Source of the DNA: Bacteroidota bacterium
Lineage (GTDB): Bacteria > Bacteroidota > Ignavibacteria > Ignavibacteriales > Ignavibacteriaceae
DNA: 64,000 nucleotides
Direction: 5' to 3'
Assembly (NCBI GenBank): GCA_021815405.1
Contig: JAKAGV010000007.1
Span: 181,888 to 245,887, forward strand
Both the position numbers and the translations under genes were made by a program. The notes under the pieces were generated by a model. That model ran no database searches, was not told where the DNA came from, and saw nothing but the letters and a program-made list of their open reading frames with translations. How positions within the stretch are numbered: the first letter of the stretch is position 1; every line of letters begins with the position of its first letter. Positions 18,336 through 29,703 of this stretch are shown here, piece after piece.

Positions 18336-20299
18336 CCTTCCAAACCACCCGCAACAATTAATTCCTGCGCGGCTTTGCCAACCGGATCAAAGTAATATTT
18401 TGAAGCGTTGCCATTTTTTAGCGGTTTATTCATTTTTATTTCTGAATTCTTAAAATTAATTGAAACATTAAAATTTGTTTTAACGGTAAGTTTTTCCTTT
18501 CCAAATTTTAATTTCAAATCCATAATCAATTGGGGACACTCAATCAACATAAATCCGTTATTAAATGCATTCCGCTTGTAGGTTTCATTGAATGATCCGG
18601 CAATGACAAGTTTAATTCCTTTATACTTTAATGCAGTTGCAGCTTGTTCGCGTGAACTTCCCGTCCCGAAATTAAAGCCTCCGGCAAGAACATTTCCTTC
18701 CTGAGCAATATTTACAAACTGCGGATCATAATTTTCCATTACAACTTGCGCTTGTTGTTCAGGTGAGATGTCATCAACATATGTATATTTTCCGGGATAA
18801 ATTCCATCTGTGTTTAAGTTGTCCTGATGACAAAAGATAATTTCTCCTTCAATCGTTTCGGGGAATCCATTTATAATTTCAGTTTTAGAAATTTTCCCGT
18901 TCGTTTTTTTGTTTGATTTTATATCCGCAAAGATTTTTCCCGGACTGTATTCCCATGAGTAATCAATCTTACCTGAAATTGCCGAAGCAGCAACAACAGC
19001 CGGAGAAGCTAAATAAGTTGTTGCCATAGGCGATCCCATTCTACCCTTGAAATTTCTATTGGTTGCTGAAATACCTACTTCACCATCTTTCAGCAATCCT
19101 TCGCCTAATCCGATGCAAGGTCCGCAGCCTGGAGGCAAAGGAATAGCGCCTGCATGGATTAAAGCCTGCCAATCACCGCGTCTTTCACTCTCAGCCTGAA
19201 CTTCGCTTGATGCTGCGGCAACATACAATTTTACATGGGATGCAATTTTCTTTCCTCTTACAACTGCGGCAGCTTCTGCTAAATCATTGACTCTGCTGTT
19301 TACACAGGAGAGTAGAAATGCCTTATCAATTCTAATTTCTTTTGATTTTAATTCTGACAAAGAAAATACATTTTTAACAGAATCAGGTCCGGCTACCGTA
19401 GGCTGTACAGAAGATAAATCAACAATTATTTCTTTATGATAAAATGCATCGTTATCTGCTTTGCAGATATTTTGTTCCAGTTTTGAGATCCTCTGTAAAT
19501 TTAATCTTGGATGAACTACTTTATTATTTTCATTTGATGAAATAGGAAATTTCTTATTTGAAAGCTTTGCAGCTCTTTCCTTAAGCCATTGAATTGTTAA
19601 TTCATCAATAGAGAAAACACCAGCAAGAGCGCCCCACTCCGTCGTCATGTTTGCAATTGTAAGGCGGTTCTCAATCGACAAAGATTTTACACCATCGCCG
19701 GTAAATTCAATTCCGCAGTTAAGAACTTCATCGTTATTGAAATGTCCGCAAAGGGAAATTATTAAATCTTTTCCAGATACGCCTTCTCTCAGTTTCCCTT
19801 TAAGAATTACGTTTACAATTGGAGGGACCTGCCACCATGTTTTTCCTGTAGCCCAAATAGCAGCAGCATCTGTTCTAACAACCGGAGTTCCGAGGCAGCC
19901 TAATCCTCCGTACATATTTGAGTGGCTATCTGATGCTACAACCATTTTACCCGGAAAAGCATAGCCTTCTTCGCATAGTATCTGATGTCCTATTCCTCTG
20001 CCTGCGGAATAAAAATCAGCTCCCATTGACTTGGCAAACTCTTCAATCTTTTTATACTTGTCCAGGTTCTTATCGCTTTTATTTTGAATATCATGATCAA
20101 GTGCGATAACTACTTGTTTTGGATCTGCCAATTTTTTTGCCCCAATACTTTTGAATTTTGGAATAACAGCACCGGTATTGTCGTGTGTCATTACATAAGC
20201 AGGTTTTATTGTTAAATAATCTCCGCTTCGGACTTCATGATTTTTATCTAAACCTGTAGCAAATCGTTGTGCGATTTTTTCAATCAATGTTTGTGACAT
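18314..20299 (-). CDS. Aconitase-family hydro-lyase, fused large+small (swivel) domains (homoaconitase/aconitase-like)
   Basis: Contains ASDSHSNMYGG and the Fe-S cluster Cys region CGPCIGLG, plus a C-terminal LeuD-like GSSREQAA. The likely ATG is at 20299 (MSQTLIEKI) with a GGGAGA upstream. The track start at 20329 is a GTG. Confidence 0.75.
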   Translation of the reverse strand: MSQTLIEKIAQRFATGLDKNHEVRSGDYLTIKPAYVMTHDNTGAVIPKFKSIGAKKLADPKQVVIALDHDIQNKSDKNLDKYKKIEEFAKSMGADFYSAGRGIGHQILCEEGYAFPGKMVVASDSHSNMYGGLGCLGTPVVRTDAAAIWATGKTWWQVPPIVNVILKGKLREGVSGKDLIISLCGHFNNDEVLNCGIEFTGDGVKSLSIENRLTIANMTTEWGALAGVFSIDELTIQWLKERAAKLSNKKFPISSNENNKVVHPRLNLQRISKLEQNICKADNDAFYHKEIIVDLSSVQPTVAGPDSVKNVFSLSELKSKEIRIDKAFLLSCVNSRVNDLAEAAAVVRGKKIASHVKLYVAAASSEVQAESERRGDWQALIHAGAIPLPPGCGPCIGLGEGLLKDGEVGISATNRNFKGRMGSPMATTYLASPAVVAASAISGKIDYSWEYSPGKIFADIKSNKKTNGKISKTEIINGFPETIEGEIIFCHQDNLNTDGIYPGKYTYVDDISPEQQAQVVMENYDPQFVNIAQEGNVLAGGFNFGTGSSREQAATALKYKGIKLVIAGSFNETYKRNAFNNGFMLIECPQLIMDLKLKFGKEKLTVKTNFNVSINFKNSEIKMNKPLKNGNASKYYFDPVGKAAQELIVAGGLEGWIKSRL

Positions 20300-20324
20300 A
20301 TTCATTCTCCCATTGTCATTATGA

Positions 20325-20342
20325 ATCACGATTTATCGTGAT
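20325..20342. promoter_or_regulatory. Perfect 8-2-8 palindrome ATCACGAT-TT-ATCGTGAT upstream of the aconitase-family gene
   Basis: Read directly from the sequence. It lies 26-43 nt upstream of the 20299 start, inside the 137-nt HD-to-aconitase gap. The 2-nt loop is too tight for an RNA hairpin, so a protein operator is more likely. Confidence 0.3.
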
Positions 20343-20436
20343 GTAACAATCTATAATTTTATTTGAATTTTAAAGTTCTCTTTATTCCTTGCTTAATGAA
20401 TTTATCAAATCTTTATTATTTGAATAATCTGTAATT

Positions 20437-20967
20437 CTATTTGAACGATTCGAAACTGACAAAGTCTGCGTGATGAACAATTAAAGATTCTACGGTACGT
20501 TTTCCCAAATCTCCTTCATGTGAATGTGTTGCAATAATATGTTGAACCTCCGGCGGAATGCCGAATCTATCTGCAACAGCTAATCCGCTGAATGGATGAC
20601 GAACTAGTTTACCAGCTTCACTTGTAGTGAGTTTTCCGTTTCTTATTTCGTATTCAAGAAGCTTCCCAATGTCAATTAAGATTGCGCCGGCAATCAGAAC
20701 ATCCATATCGATTTTCATTTCATCTCCAAAATTTTGTTTCATCACTTTTGCCATTTCCGCAGCTAGTTGAACAGTCGTCCGCTTATGGATAATAAATGAA
20801 ATCTTACAATCTTTAACCAGTAAGGAAAAAGGAATCGTTTTCAAGTCATCAATAGTAAGGACGCTATTGTCTAATGCATAAATCCAGCAATTTAAAACTT
20901 TTTCCTTTAAGTCATTATTTTGAATCCAGTTTATTTCCGGCCAGATTTCTAATATTTCTTTTTTCAT
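20437..20967 (-). CDS. HD-domain metal-dependent phosphohydrolase-like protein
   Basis: 176 aa with H...HD-type residues (IIHKRT..., LIDIGK, RHPFSG, ATHSHEGD). Confidence 0.55.
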   Translation of the reverse strand: MKKEILEIWPEINWIQNNDLKEKVLNCWIYALDNSVLTIDDLKTIPFSLLVKDCKISFIIHKRTTVQLAAEMAKVMKQNFGDEMKIDMDVLIAGAILIDIGKLLEYEIRNGKLTTSEAGKLVRHPFSGLAVADRFGIPPEVQHIIATHSHEGDLGKRTVESLIVHHADFVSFESFK

Positions 20968-21064
20968 ATTTAGCTCAAGAGATTAAATTTGCATTATTAC
21001 CAATATGAAGTTTCAGATTGCTAAATTGCTTCATAATTAAAAGAACAATTTAACAATTGATCGG

Positions 21065-22243
21065 CTAAACAATTTTCTTAATAATTTCGTCCGTTATCTG
21101 TTGTGTTGTTGAAGCTCCTTTTGAAAAAACATCCGGACCTCCTTTTAACTTCATCATGTCGTAAGTTTTAACTTTTCCTTCTTCTATTACCTTTGCAACA
21201 GCGTTTCTTATTTTCTCCGCTTTTAAATTTTCTCCCAGATGATCAAGCATCATGCAGGCGCTGAGTATCATTGCAATTGGATTTACAATTGATGGATGAA
21301 GTTCCTGATATTTTGGTGCTGATCCGTGTGTAGGTTCAAATATTGCAACATCTTTGCCGATGTTTGCACTGCATGCAAATCCAAGTCCGCCTACAAGACC
21401 GGCGAAGCCGTCACTTATGATGTCGCCAAACATATTTTCTGCAACAATTACTCCGTAAATTTCAGGATTCTTTGTCAACCACATCATTTGTGCATCGATG
21501 TTGGTATCCCAGAGATCGATGTTGGGATATTCTTTAGATATTATTTTTGCTTCATTCAGCATCATACCAGAGGTTTCACGCAAGACGTTCGGCTTTTCAC
21601 AGACTGTTACATTTTTATAGCCAAATCGTTTTGCATAATCAAAAGCTTCTCTTAGTATTCTTCTGCATGCTGGTCTGGATACTATTCTTGTGGATATTGC
21701 CAGGTCTTCACCGGGTACATCTTTAAATGCTTTCATCTTCGGATGAGTTTCCAACGCATCCCGAACAGTTTTCGGTGGATTTGTCCATTCCACGCCGGAG
21801 TAAAGACCTTCGGTATTCTGTCTGAAGATAACGACATTCACATCAGGTTCTTCGAAACTTTCATCTTTTCTTCTAATAAAATTAAGTGGGTTGCCTTTAA
21901 AGGATTTGCATGGACGAATACAAATATCAAGGTTGAAGTGCTGTCTCAGTCCCACTATCGGGCTGAAATAATTATATCCTTTTCCTTGCAGCGAAGCATC
22001 AAGCTCCTGACCTGCAGCATCTTTCGGCTTACTGGTTATTGCACCAAACAAACCGACTTTATGTTTTTCAAGAAGGTCAATCGTTCTTTGTGGAAGCGCA
22101 TTTCCTTCTTTACACCAAAACTCCCAGCCGATATCAGCATGAACATATTCTGCTTCAAAACCAACTGCGGCTAGGATCTTCAATGCTTCCGGTAGAACAG
22201 TTTTTCCTATTCCATCACCGGGCATAGTAACAATAGTTTTCAT
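21065..22243 (-). CDS. Isocitrate/isopropylmalate dehydrogenase-family oxidative decarboxylase
   Basis: N-terminal MPGDGIGKTV, then NLDICIRPC, FRQNTEGLYSG, GDIISD and EPTHGSAPK motifs. The ATG at 22243 (MKTIV) is preferred over 22258. Confidence 0.8.
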   Translation of the reverse strand: MKTIVTMPGDGIGKTVLPEALKILAAVGFEAEYVHADIGWEFWCKEGNALPQRTIDLLEKHKVGLFGAITSKPKDAAGQELDASLQGKGYNYFSPIVGLRQHFNLDICIRPCKSFKGNPLNFIRRKDESFEEPDVNVVIFRQNTEGLYSGVEWTNPPKTVRDALETHPKMKAFKDVPGEDLAISTRIVSRPACRRILREAFDYAKRFGYKNVTVCEKPNVLRETSGMMLNEAKIISKEYPNIDLWDTNIDAQMMWLTKNPEIYGVIVAENMFGDIISDGFAGLVGGLGFACSANIGKDVAIFEPTHGSAPKYQELHPSIVNPIAMILSACMMLDHLGENLKAEKIRNAVAKVIEEGKVKTYDMMKLKGGPDVFSKGASTTQQITDEIIKKIV

Positions 22244-22306
22244 GAGGTAGATCCCCAATGATTATGAACAAATAATTATTTGACTCAAACTTATGCTAAA
22301 AAGAAA

Positions 22307-22347
22307 TTGAATTCAACAATAATTATGTTATTGAATTTAGATTCAAT
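22307..22347. promoter_or_regulatory. Two palindromic sites sharing a TTGAAT half-site, in the divergent promoter region
   Basis: TTGAATTCAA at 22307-22316 and ATTGAAT-TTAG-ATTCAAT at 22330-22347. They lie between the IDH-family operon and the hybrid kinase gene. Confidence 0.25.
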
Positions 22348-22442
22348 TTTTATAAATTAGCGAAAAAAATTTTGTGAATTATATTAACTTTCAAGTATTA
22401 TATTCTATTGACTCATAATTTACTATCAGCTGTATTATTCAA

Positions 22443-25400
22443 TTGAAAAAAAATATCAGCAACAATCAAAAATATAACGAGCGGGAGCTAGAAGAATTCG
22501 AAGGTCTTCTAAAAAAACTCATTGCCGAAAACAAGATTCCTGAAAGTTTTAACAGTATTGCTGAAAACCTTTCATCAATTGTTTCTTCATATAAAAAAGA
22601 ATTTGAAACTCATAAACTAATTCTTGAAACTTCGGTTGATGTTATCTTTAAGATTACTCAAGCCGGCGAAATTATATCTATCGGAGAAAAGTGTAAGGAT
22701 ATTTTCGGATACGGTCCGGATGAATTAACAAACAAATTTATTACCAGTTTTATTCCTTCAACAGAATTAAAAAAAGCTTTAAAAATTTTCACAAAGCTTT
22801 TTAAGGAAAAGAAAGTAAAGAATGAGGTCGTTTCTTTAAAACATAAAAACGGGCAGTTAATTCCTATTGAACTGACTGCAATGGTAATTAAGCAGGACGG
22901 GAAATATATTGCCCAGGGAATATTGCATGAGCTAAGCGAGCGTTATAAAGTTGAAGCCAACACAGATATTTCGGATAGTATTTTCAAAAATGTTTGGGAA
23001 AAATCTTCAAACGGAATGTGCCTTGCCGATGAAAACGGTTATGTTTTTATGTGCAACACTGCTTATTCCAAAATCTTCAGTAAAGACAAAATTGAAATTG
23101 AACATCAACTTATTACAAATGTTTTATCCGATAGTACGGCTGATACTGTCTTAAGCGATTACACTAAAAATTTCAATGATCATTCTTTCCCAAGCAGTAT
23201 TGAAAAAAAATATGAGTTGTGGAACGGCACTGCAGTAGATTTTGAAGTAAGCTATTCTTTTATTGAAGGTGTAGGAGATAAAACACTTTTACTTATAATT
23301 TTTAAAGATATTTCTCTCAGAAAAGCAAGCGAAATTCATGCAAAGAAGAGGGACAACTTGCTTCAAGGAATTGCAGCGGCTACACAAAGACTTATTTCTA
23401 CAAATGATCCGGAAATCGGATTCTCTTCTGCCTTAAAAATACTTGGCGAAGCTGTCAAAGTAAACCGGGCTTACATTTATAAACATAAATCCGTAGAAGA
23501 TACCGGCGAAATGTACGTTAGTTTGCTTTATGAATGGACGTCTGAAGATACGGAACATCAAATTGAAAATATTGAACTGCAGAAACTATCTTACTCCCGA
23601 TTCGAATCTTTGAGATTCTACGATGCATTCTCCAACGGCAAGCCTCTTAGTTTTGTAATGAAAAATTTGTCCGAAGAAGAACGCCTTCTATTCATCGATA
23701 AAAATATTAAATCGATTATACTTGCACCGATCATGGTTGACGGACTTTATTGGGGCTTTCTTGGATTCGACGATTGTGAAACTGACAGGGAATGGACACC
23801 GAATGAAGGATCACTTTTGGTAACTATGGCTTCAATGCTTGGTGCTGTAATCAAGAGGAATAATATTCAGGACGAGCTAATAAAAAAGAATGCCGAACTT
23901 GACGCAGCAATAGTTAAAGCAGAAGCTGGAACTAAGGCTAAAAGCGAATTCCTTGCTTTGATGAGCCACGAAATTAGAACTCCAATGAACGGAGTAATCG
24001 GAATGACGGGGCTCCTTTTAGATACTGATTTAAGTGATGAGCAAAGAGAATATGTTGAAACAATCCGTCTCAGCGGTGATCATCTTTTAGTAATAATAAA
24101 TGATATATTGGACTTCTCTAAGATCGAATCAGAAAAATTAGAACTTGAAATGCAGCCTTTCGATCTGAAAGATTGTGTCGAAGACTGCCTTGATTTATTG
24201 GCTTCAAAAGCGGGCGACAAAGGTCTTGATCTTGCTTACTTGATTGAAAATAATACTCCTCAAACTATTTTTGGCGATGTTACAAGGCTTAAACAAATTA
24301 TTACCAATCTTCTTAACAATGCAATCAAGTTTACCGAAAAAGGCGAAGTCTTTCTTTCTGTTTCTTCCAAAGAGATTAACAATAATAAATTCGAAATTCA
24401 ATTCTTTGTTAAAGATACCGGCATAGGAATTCCAGAGGATAGGATTGACAGATTATTCAAGGCGTTCAATCAGGTAGATGTTTCTACAACAAGAACACAT
24501 GGCGGTACGGGACTTGGATTAGTAATTAGCAAACGACTTTCCGAGATGATGAGCGGAAAAATGTGGTTCGAAAGCAAGTACGGTGCAGGTTCTACTTTTT
24601 ATTTTACAATTATTGCTGAGCAAGCTCCTTCCAAATCAAAAATATATTTGAAAGGTAAAGCAATCGAGCTTGAAGGCAAGAAAGCTTTAATAGTGGATGA
24701 TAATGCTACGAACAGAAGAATCTTAAAAATGCAGACAGGCAACTGGGGTATGCAGCCCTATGTTGTTGAATCTCCGCTTGATGCAATTAGACTGATGAAT
24801 AACGGAGAAGACTTTGACATAGCTATTTTAGATTATCATATGCCGGTTATGAACGGCGTGGAGCTTACAAAAGAAATCCGTAACACTCCAAAGGGAAAAA
24901 ATCTTCCTGTTGTAATTTTAACATCGATAGGTAAAAGAGAAGCCGACGGAGATTTTAACAATTTGAATTTAGCCGCATTTATTACTAAGCCTGTTAAACA
25001 AGTTCAGCTTTATGATTGTCTTACTTCAATCTTATCCGGTAAAGAAAAAGTACAGTCCAATATTCCTAAGAATGAAGTAAAACTAGATACGGAATTGGGG
25101 CATCGAATGCCACTCAGAATTCTTTTAGCAGAAGACAATGTTGTAAATCAAAAGGTTGCTACTAGAATTTTGGAAAGGCTGGGATTCAGAGCAGATGTTG
25201 CTGCAAACGGGTTTGAGGTAATTGAGGCAATCAAAAGAATAAATTATGATATTATCTTTATGGATATTTTTATGCCCGAAATGGACGGCTATGAAGCTAC
25301 AAAATATATCCTGGATAATTATAAAAATGATGAGAGACCAAAAATAATTGCAATGACGGCGAATGCTATGCAGGGTGATAAAGAAAAATGCCTTGAAGCC

Positions 25401-25904
25401 GGAATGGATGATTACATCGGTAAACCTGTGCGTGTTGAAGAGCTTCAGGCATCACTGCAGAAGTGGGGATTAATTATTTACGACGATAAAAATTCCAGGC
25501 TTGCTGTAGATGAAAGTAAGCAAACGTCTTTCAAATATGTTGATGAAGGTAAAATTGATTTAATCCAGGATATAAAATCCTCCGAAGATTTAAATTTCTT
25601 TATAGAGCTGCTCGATATTTATATTAAAGATTTGCCATTAAGCATTGCAAGAATTAAAAATGCTGTGGTTCAAAGAGATAAGAATCAGATCAGATTTTAT
25701 GCACACAAACTGAAAGGAAGCAGTCTTACCTTTGGAATACGCGCAATATCAGATAAATGTATCAAGATAGAAGAAGCAGTTAAACAAGATATTGATAATC
25801 CTCGTACGGCTGATTTAGTTGAAGAGCTTATAGTAAAATTTGAAGTAGTTATAAAAGAACTGGAACAACTGAAAGAAAAATATAGTCACATGTCCTTCTC
25901 ATAA
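22443..25904 (+). CDS. Hybrid sensor histidine kinase (PAS-PAS-GAF-HisKA-HATPase-REC-REC-HPt)
   Basis: 1153 aa. H-box [12 protein letters not shown] and G-box GGTGLGL. Two receiver domains ([11 protein letters not shown] and [11 protein letters not shown]) and a C-terminal HPt (AHKLKGSS). Confidence 0.85.
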   Translation: MKKNISNNQKYNERELEEFEGLLKKLIAENKIPESFNSIAENLSSIVSSYKKEFETHKLILETSVDVIFKITQAGEIISIGEKCKDIFGYGPDELTNKFITSFIPSTELKKALKIFTKLFKEKKVKNEVVSLKHKNGQLIPIELTAMVIKQDGKYIAQGILHELSERYKVEANTDISDSIFKNVWEKSSNGMCLADENGYVFMCNTAYSKIFSKDKIEIEHQLITNVLSDSTADTVLSDYTKNFNDHSFPSSIEKKYELWNGTAVDFEVSYSFIEGVGDKTLLLIIFKDISLRKASEIHAKKRDNLLQGIAAATQRLISTNDPEIGFSSALKILGEAVKVNRAYIYKHKSVEDTGEMYVSLLYEWTSEDTEHQIENIELQKLSYSRFESLRFYDAFSNGKPLSFVMKNLSEEERLLFIDKNIKSIILAPIMVDGLYWGFLGFDDCETDREWTPNEGSLLVTMASMLGAVIKRNNIQDELIKKNAELDAAIVKAEAGTKAKSEFLALMSHEIRTPMNGVIGMTGLLLDTDLSDEQREYVETIRLSGDHLLVIINDILDFSKIESEKLELEMQPFDLKDCVEDCLDLLASKAGDKGLDLAYLIENNTPQTIFGDVTRLKQIITNLLNNAIKFTEKGEVFLSVSSKEINNNKFEIQFFVKDTGIGIPEDRIDRLFKAFNQVDVSTTRTHGGTGLGLVISKRLSEMMSGKMWFESKYGAGSTFYFTIIAEQAPSKSKIYLKGKAIELEGKKALIVDDNATNRRILKMQTGNWGMQPYVVESPLDAIRLMNNGEDFDIAILDYHMPVMNGVELTKEIRNTPKGKNLPVVILTSIGKREADGDFNNLNLAAFITKPVKQVQLYDCLTSILSGKEKVQSNIPKNEVKLDTELGHRMPLRILLAEDNVVNQKVATRILERLGFRADVAANGFEVIEAIKRINYDIIFMDIFMPEMDGYEATKYILDNYKNDERPKIIAMTANAMQGDKEKCLEAGMDDYIGKPVRVEELQASLQKWGLIIYDDKNSRLAVDESKQTSFKYVDEGKIDLIQDIKSSEDLNFFIELLDIYIKDLPLSIARIKNAVVQRDKNQIRFYAHKLKGSSLTFGIRAISDKCIKIEEAVKQDIDNPRTADLVEELIVKFEVVIKELEQLKEKYSHMSFS

Positions 25905-25995
25905 TTCTTCCTGCATTGTAACCTGAATGTTTGTTTTGTAATTTTGTTATTATTGTTTTTAACCTTATAGTTATCCCCGAGAAGATAGGAGTAAA

Positions 25996-27099
25996 ATGTT
26001 CGAGAATGCAATAAAAAATAATGTGCTTCATTCATATTTTGAAAGGTTAGGCTACAAACCTGAAGAATCAAGCGGAAGTAAAAAGTTTAAAATATTTGAT
26101 TCTTTTGAGGATGAATTAAATTCGCTAAATAACGGAGTTGGTCTAAGAGATATTTCCGACAGTGGTATATTTGAATTAAGCGGCAAAGATGTGTTGGACT
26201 ATCTCCACCGCATCTCAACAAACTCTCTTAAAGATTTGGGAAAGGATTATGTAACTGAAACAATTTTTACTACTGAAAAAGGAAGAATTATTGATACTGC
26301 TACTATTTTAAATTTTGATGATCATCAGCTTTTAATTTGCAGTAATGCCTTTAAAGATAAAGTTAAAAGCTGGATAGAAAAGTATATCATTATGGATGAT
26401 GTAAAAATAAGTGATACAAAAGGTAAATATTCTTTATTGGAATTATTAGGACCTCAAGCTGAATCATTCATGATGCTGGTTTGCGGCAATACTATAAATG
26501 AAATTGAACCAAATAAATTTAAATCAATTATGGGGGAAGGGATACTGTTTAATCTTATCAGAATAGTTGATAAATCCGGTAACCAAAAATTCTGGATTTT
26601 GTGCAGCCCCGAAAATTCAATTAGACTTGTTGATTATATGATAAACAACAAAGGGATATTTGATTTTAACCTTGTAGGAGAGGATGCCTACAATTGCTAC
26701 CGTATAATTAAAGGAATACCTTCAGCTCCAAGCGAGCTTAACGACCAATTTAATCCGCATGAAGCTAATCTTTTAGATCTTGTTTGTTCTACTAAAGGCT
26801 GCTACATTGGTCAGGAAGTAATTGCAAGGCTTGAAACTTATGACAAAGTACAAAAGCATTTGAAAGGAATTTCATTTAATGAACCGATCAGTCGCAATGG
26901 TCAATTAAATTTGTTTGACAAAGACGGGAATGAAGCGGGTGTGGTAACTTCAACCGGTTATTCTATGAAATGCGGTAAACATGTTGGTTTGGCTTATGTT
27001 AAAAAATCTGTTGCTGAAAGCGGCAGTATATTGTTTGTAAAAGATGGCAATGGAAATAATTATCAGGCAATGGTAGAGAATTTACCTTTTAGAAAATGA
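25996..27099 (+). CDS. ygfZ: Folate-binding YgfZ/GcvT-like protein
   Basis: 367 aa with the KGCYIGQEVIARL signature of the YgfZ family and an aminomethyltransferase-like fold pattern. Confidence 0.65.
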   Translation: MFENAIKNNVLHSYFERLGYKPEESSGSKKFKIFDSFEDELNSLNNGVGLRDISDSGIFELSGKDVLDYLHRISTNSLKDLGKDYVTETIFTTEKGRIIDTATILNFDDHQLLICSNAFKDKVKSWIEKYIIMDDVKISDTKGKYSLLELLGPQAESFMMLVCGNTINEIEPNKFKSIMGEGILFNLIRIVDKSGNQKFWILCSPENSIRLVDYMINNKGIFDFNLVGEDAYNCYRIIKGIPSAPSELNDQFNPHEANLLDLVCSTKGCYIGQEVIARLETYDKVQKHLKGISFNEPISRNGQLNLFDKDGNEAGVVTSTGYSMKCGKHVGLAYVKKSVAESGSILFVKDGNGNNYQAMVENLPFRK

Positions 27100-27659
27100 C
27101 AAAGATTTATACTAAAACCGGCGATAAAGGTGAAACCGGGCTTTTCGGCGGCGATAGAGTATCAAAAGATTCGATTCGAATTGAAGCTTATGGTACAGTT
27201 GACGAACTGAACTCATTTATCGGATTAGCAGTCGTAGAGGTAAAAGATATTGAGGTAAAGAATCTTCTAGTTAAAATTCAGAATGAATTATTTGTCGTTG
27301 GTTCAAACTTAGCAATTCCTGATAATCAAAAGGATAAGAAAAATATTATTCCAAAAATATCGGAAGATTTTTTCAATGAAGCTGAAAATGCAATCGACCA
27401 TTATGAAGAGAAGCTTGAGCCGCTGAAAAATTTTATCCTTCCCGGAGGTACCAAAAGCAGTAGTATTTTAAACATTTGCAGAACAGTGTGCCGCCGGGCT
27501 GAAAGAAGAGTTGTGGCATTAAATAATGCAGAGAAAATTGACGAGAAAATAATTATTTTTCTTAACAGGTTATCGGATTTGTTTTTTGTGCTAGCAAGAT
27601 ATGAAAATCATGTTGCCGGTACCCAAGATATTATTTGGAAAGGCAATAGCCTCAAATAA
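27096..27659 (+). CDS. PduO-type ATP:cob(I)alamin adenosyltransferase
   Basis: N-terminal MTKIYTKTGDKGETGLFGG.RVSKDS.R.EAYGTVDELNS. 4-nt ATGA overlap with the upstream gene. Confidence 0.85.
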   Translation: MTKIYTKTGDKGETGLFGGDRVSKDSIRIEAYGTVDELNSFIGLAVVEVKDIEVKNLLVKIQNELFVVGSNLAIPDNQKDKKNIIPKISEDFFNEAENAIDHYEEKLEPLKNFILPGGTKSSSILNICRTVCRRAERRVVALNNAEKIDEKIIIFLNRLSDLFFVLARYENHVAGTQDIIWKGNSLK

Positions 27660-27776
27660 TTCGTTAAAATAAATTTTATATTTAAATTGCTCTTATAAAA
27701 ATTATTGATCGATTAAACATATTATTTGTGTTTTAAATTCCATAGTCATTACTTCGTTCAATGTACCTAAAATTAA

Positions 27777-28133
<357 letters not shown>

Positions 28134-28383
28134 GGCTTCGTATTAAGCGAGCTAACAGAATAGAAATTGCGGTTGCTTAGCAAAGCGAAACTGAATTAAA
28201 TTGTATTGGGAATTTTATCTCCTTCCGTGCATTTTGCTTTTAAATTTAATTGAAAAAAGTGCAGTACAAAAAATGCGCCGGTTTTGTTGAAACGCATAAG
28301 TGATTTATTTTTCTTCAATTATTGAAAGATTCCTGTAAATTTTTATTGAAATCCAATTCATATTAAGTTAAATTTGAACTGTA

Positions 28384-29250
28384 ATGGAAAAAGTTTTTTT
28401 TTACAAGATGAGCGGAGCGGGTAACGATTTTATCTTAATCGATAAAAATTCGAATCCCAGTTTTACTCTGGAATCGAAATCAATAAAAAAAATGTGCGAC
28501 AGGCGCAACGGAATTGGTGCGGATGGAGTTATTACTATTACAAATTCAAAAACTTATGATTTTGAAATGCAATATTTTAACGCTGACGGCTCTACAGGCA
28601 GCCTTTGCGGCAATGGTGCAAGATGTGCAATAAGATTTGCCGAAATAAGCGGAAGAATTAAGAATAGGAATACAAATTTTCTTTCTAACGGGCTTACGTA
28701 TTCCGGCGAGGTGTTGAACGGCAGTGAAATAAAGTTCTTTTTTAATTCTCCAAAAGGATTAAAGTACAACTTTAAAATTTTAGCTGCTAAGCAATTAATA
28801 AATGCATGCTTTGCAGATACCGGTTCGCCGCACGTAGTGATTAAGGTGGAAGATATTTTAAAAGATTCTGAGAATCCTTTATCTAAATATGAAACCCTCG
28901 ATGAAGTTCCAGTATTTGAACTTGGCAGGGAAATCAGATATCATAAAGATTTTGCACCAGGTGGTACTAACGTGAATTTTATTAAACTTGTGGATAATAA
29001 AATTCACATTCGAACTTATGAACGAGGTGTTGAAGATGAAACTTTTGCTTGCGGCACCGGCGCAACTGCCTCAGCAATAATTGGCTATTACATTTTCGGA
29101 TTAAAGCCTCCTATAAAGTTAATTACACGCGGCGGCGATGAATTAATTGTTGATTTTGAAATTGAAAATCAAAATGTAAAGGATCTATCTCTAACAGGTC
29201 CGGCTAAAGTGACCTTTACCGGTGAATTATTATTAAACCAGTATTTCTAA
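28384..29250 (+). CDS. dapF: Diaminopimelate epimerase
   Basis: 288 aa with GAGNDFILID and both catalytic Cys motifs (CGNGARC and ACGTGATAS). Confidence 0.9.
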   Translation: MEKVFFYKMSGAGNDFILIDKNSNPSFTLESKSIKKMCDRRNGIGADGVITITNSKTYDFEMQYFNADGSTGSLCGNGARCAIRFAEISGRIKNRNTNFLSNGLTYSGEVLNGSEIKFFFNSPKGLKYNFKILAAKQLINACFADTGSPHVVIKVEDILKDSENPLSKYETLDEVPVFELGREIRYHKDFAPGGTNVNFIKLVDNKIHIRTYERGVEDETFACGTGATASAIIGYYIFGLKPPIKLITRGGDELIVDFEIENQNVKDLSLTGPAKVTFTGELLLNQYF

Positions 29251-29266
29251 AATATTCGGAGAAAAA

Positions 29267-29572
29267 ATGTCTAAAGTAATTTTTACAGTTCAATACGAGT
29301 TAAAACCTGATAAGAAAGAAGAATATCTTAGTGTTGTTAAGGAATTAAAGAATTTACTTAAGACCGACTTGCTTGAAAGCTATGCGGTTTATGAAGTAAA
29401 AGGAAAACCTAATCATTTTCAGGAAGTTTATACCTTCATCTCAGAAGAAGCTTATGATTCTTTTGACGACGACCAAAATGAAAGAATGAACATCTTAATA
29501 AGCAAACTTACCGAGATGACGGTTGAGAACTCGACCAAATATACTGTCCTAAATGAACTTCAGGTTAGTTAA
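29267..29572 (+). CDS. Hypothetical small protein (possibly ABM/Dabb ferredoxin-like fold)
   Basis: 101 aa with a GGAGAAAAA RBS-like sequence upstream. No family recognised with certainty. Confidence 0.4.
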   Translation: MSKVIFTVQYELKPDKKEEYLSVVKELKNLLKTDLLESYAVYEVKGKPNHFQEVYTFISEEAYDSFDDDQNERMNILISKLTEMTVENSTKYTVLNELQVS

Positions 29573-29622
29573 TTCCTTTACCTAAGTTTTAATTAGCCTG
29601 ACTTATCTTATTAGTCATTGGA

Positions 29623-29655
29623 ATAATTATTGAAGCGATTAGTCAAATAATCGCT
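29623..29655 (+). terminator. Rho-independent terminator
   Basis: AAGCGATTA - gtcaaa - TAATCGCTT followed by TCTTTTTTT. It separates the dapF unit from the cytochrome cluster. Confidence 0.75.
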
Positions 29656-29703
29656 TTCTTTTTTTAAAGCAATTACTTTTAATCATCATTAAAAAAAGAT
29701 CCA

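Noticed and set aside
28134-28383. tmRNA 3' end as a possible genomic-island integration site
   Set aside because: No integrase, direct repeat of the ssrA 3' end, or foreign-looking genes follow. dapF starts 250 nt downstream.
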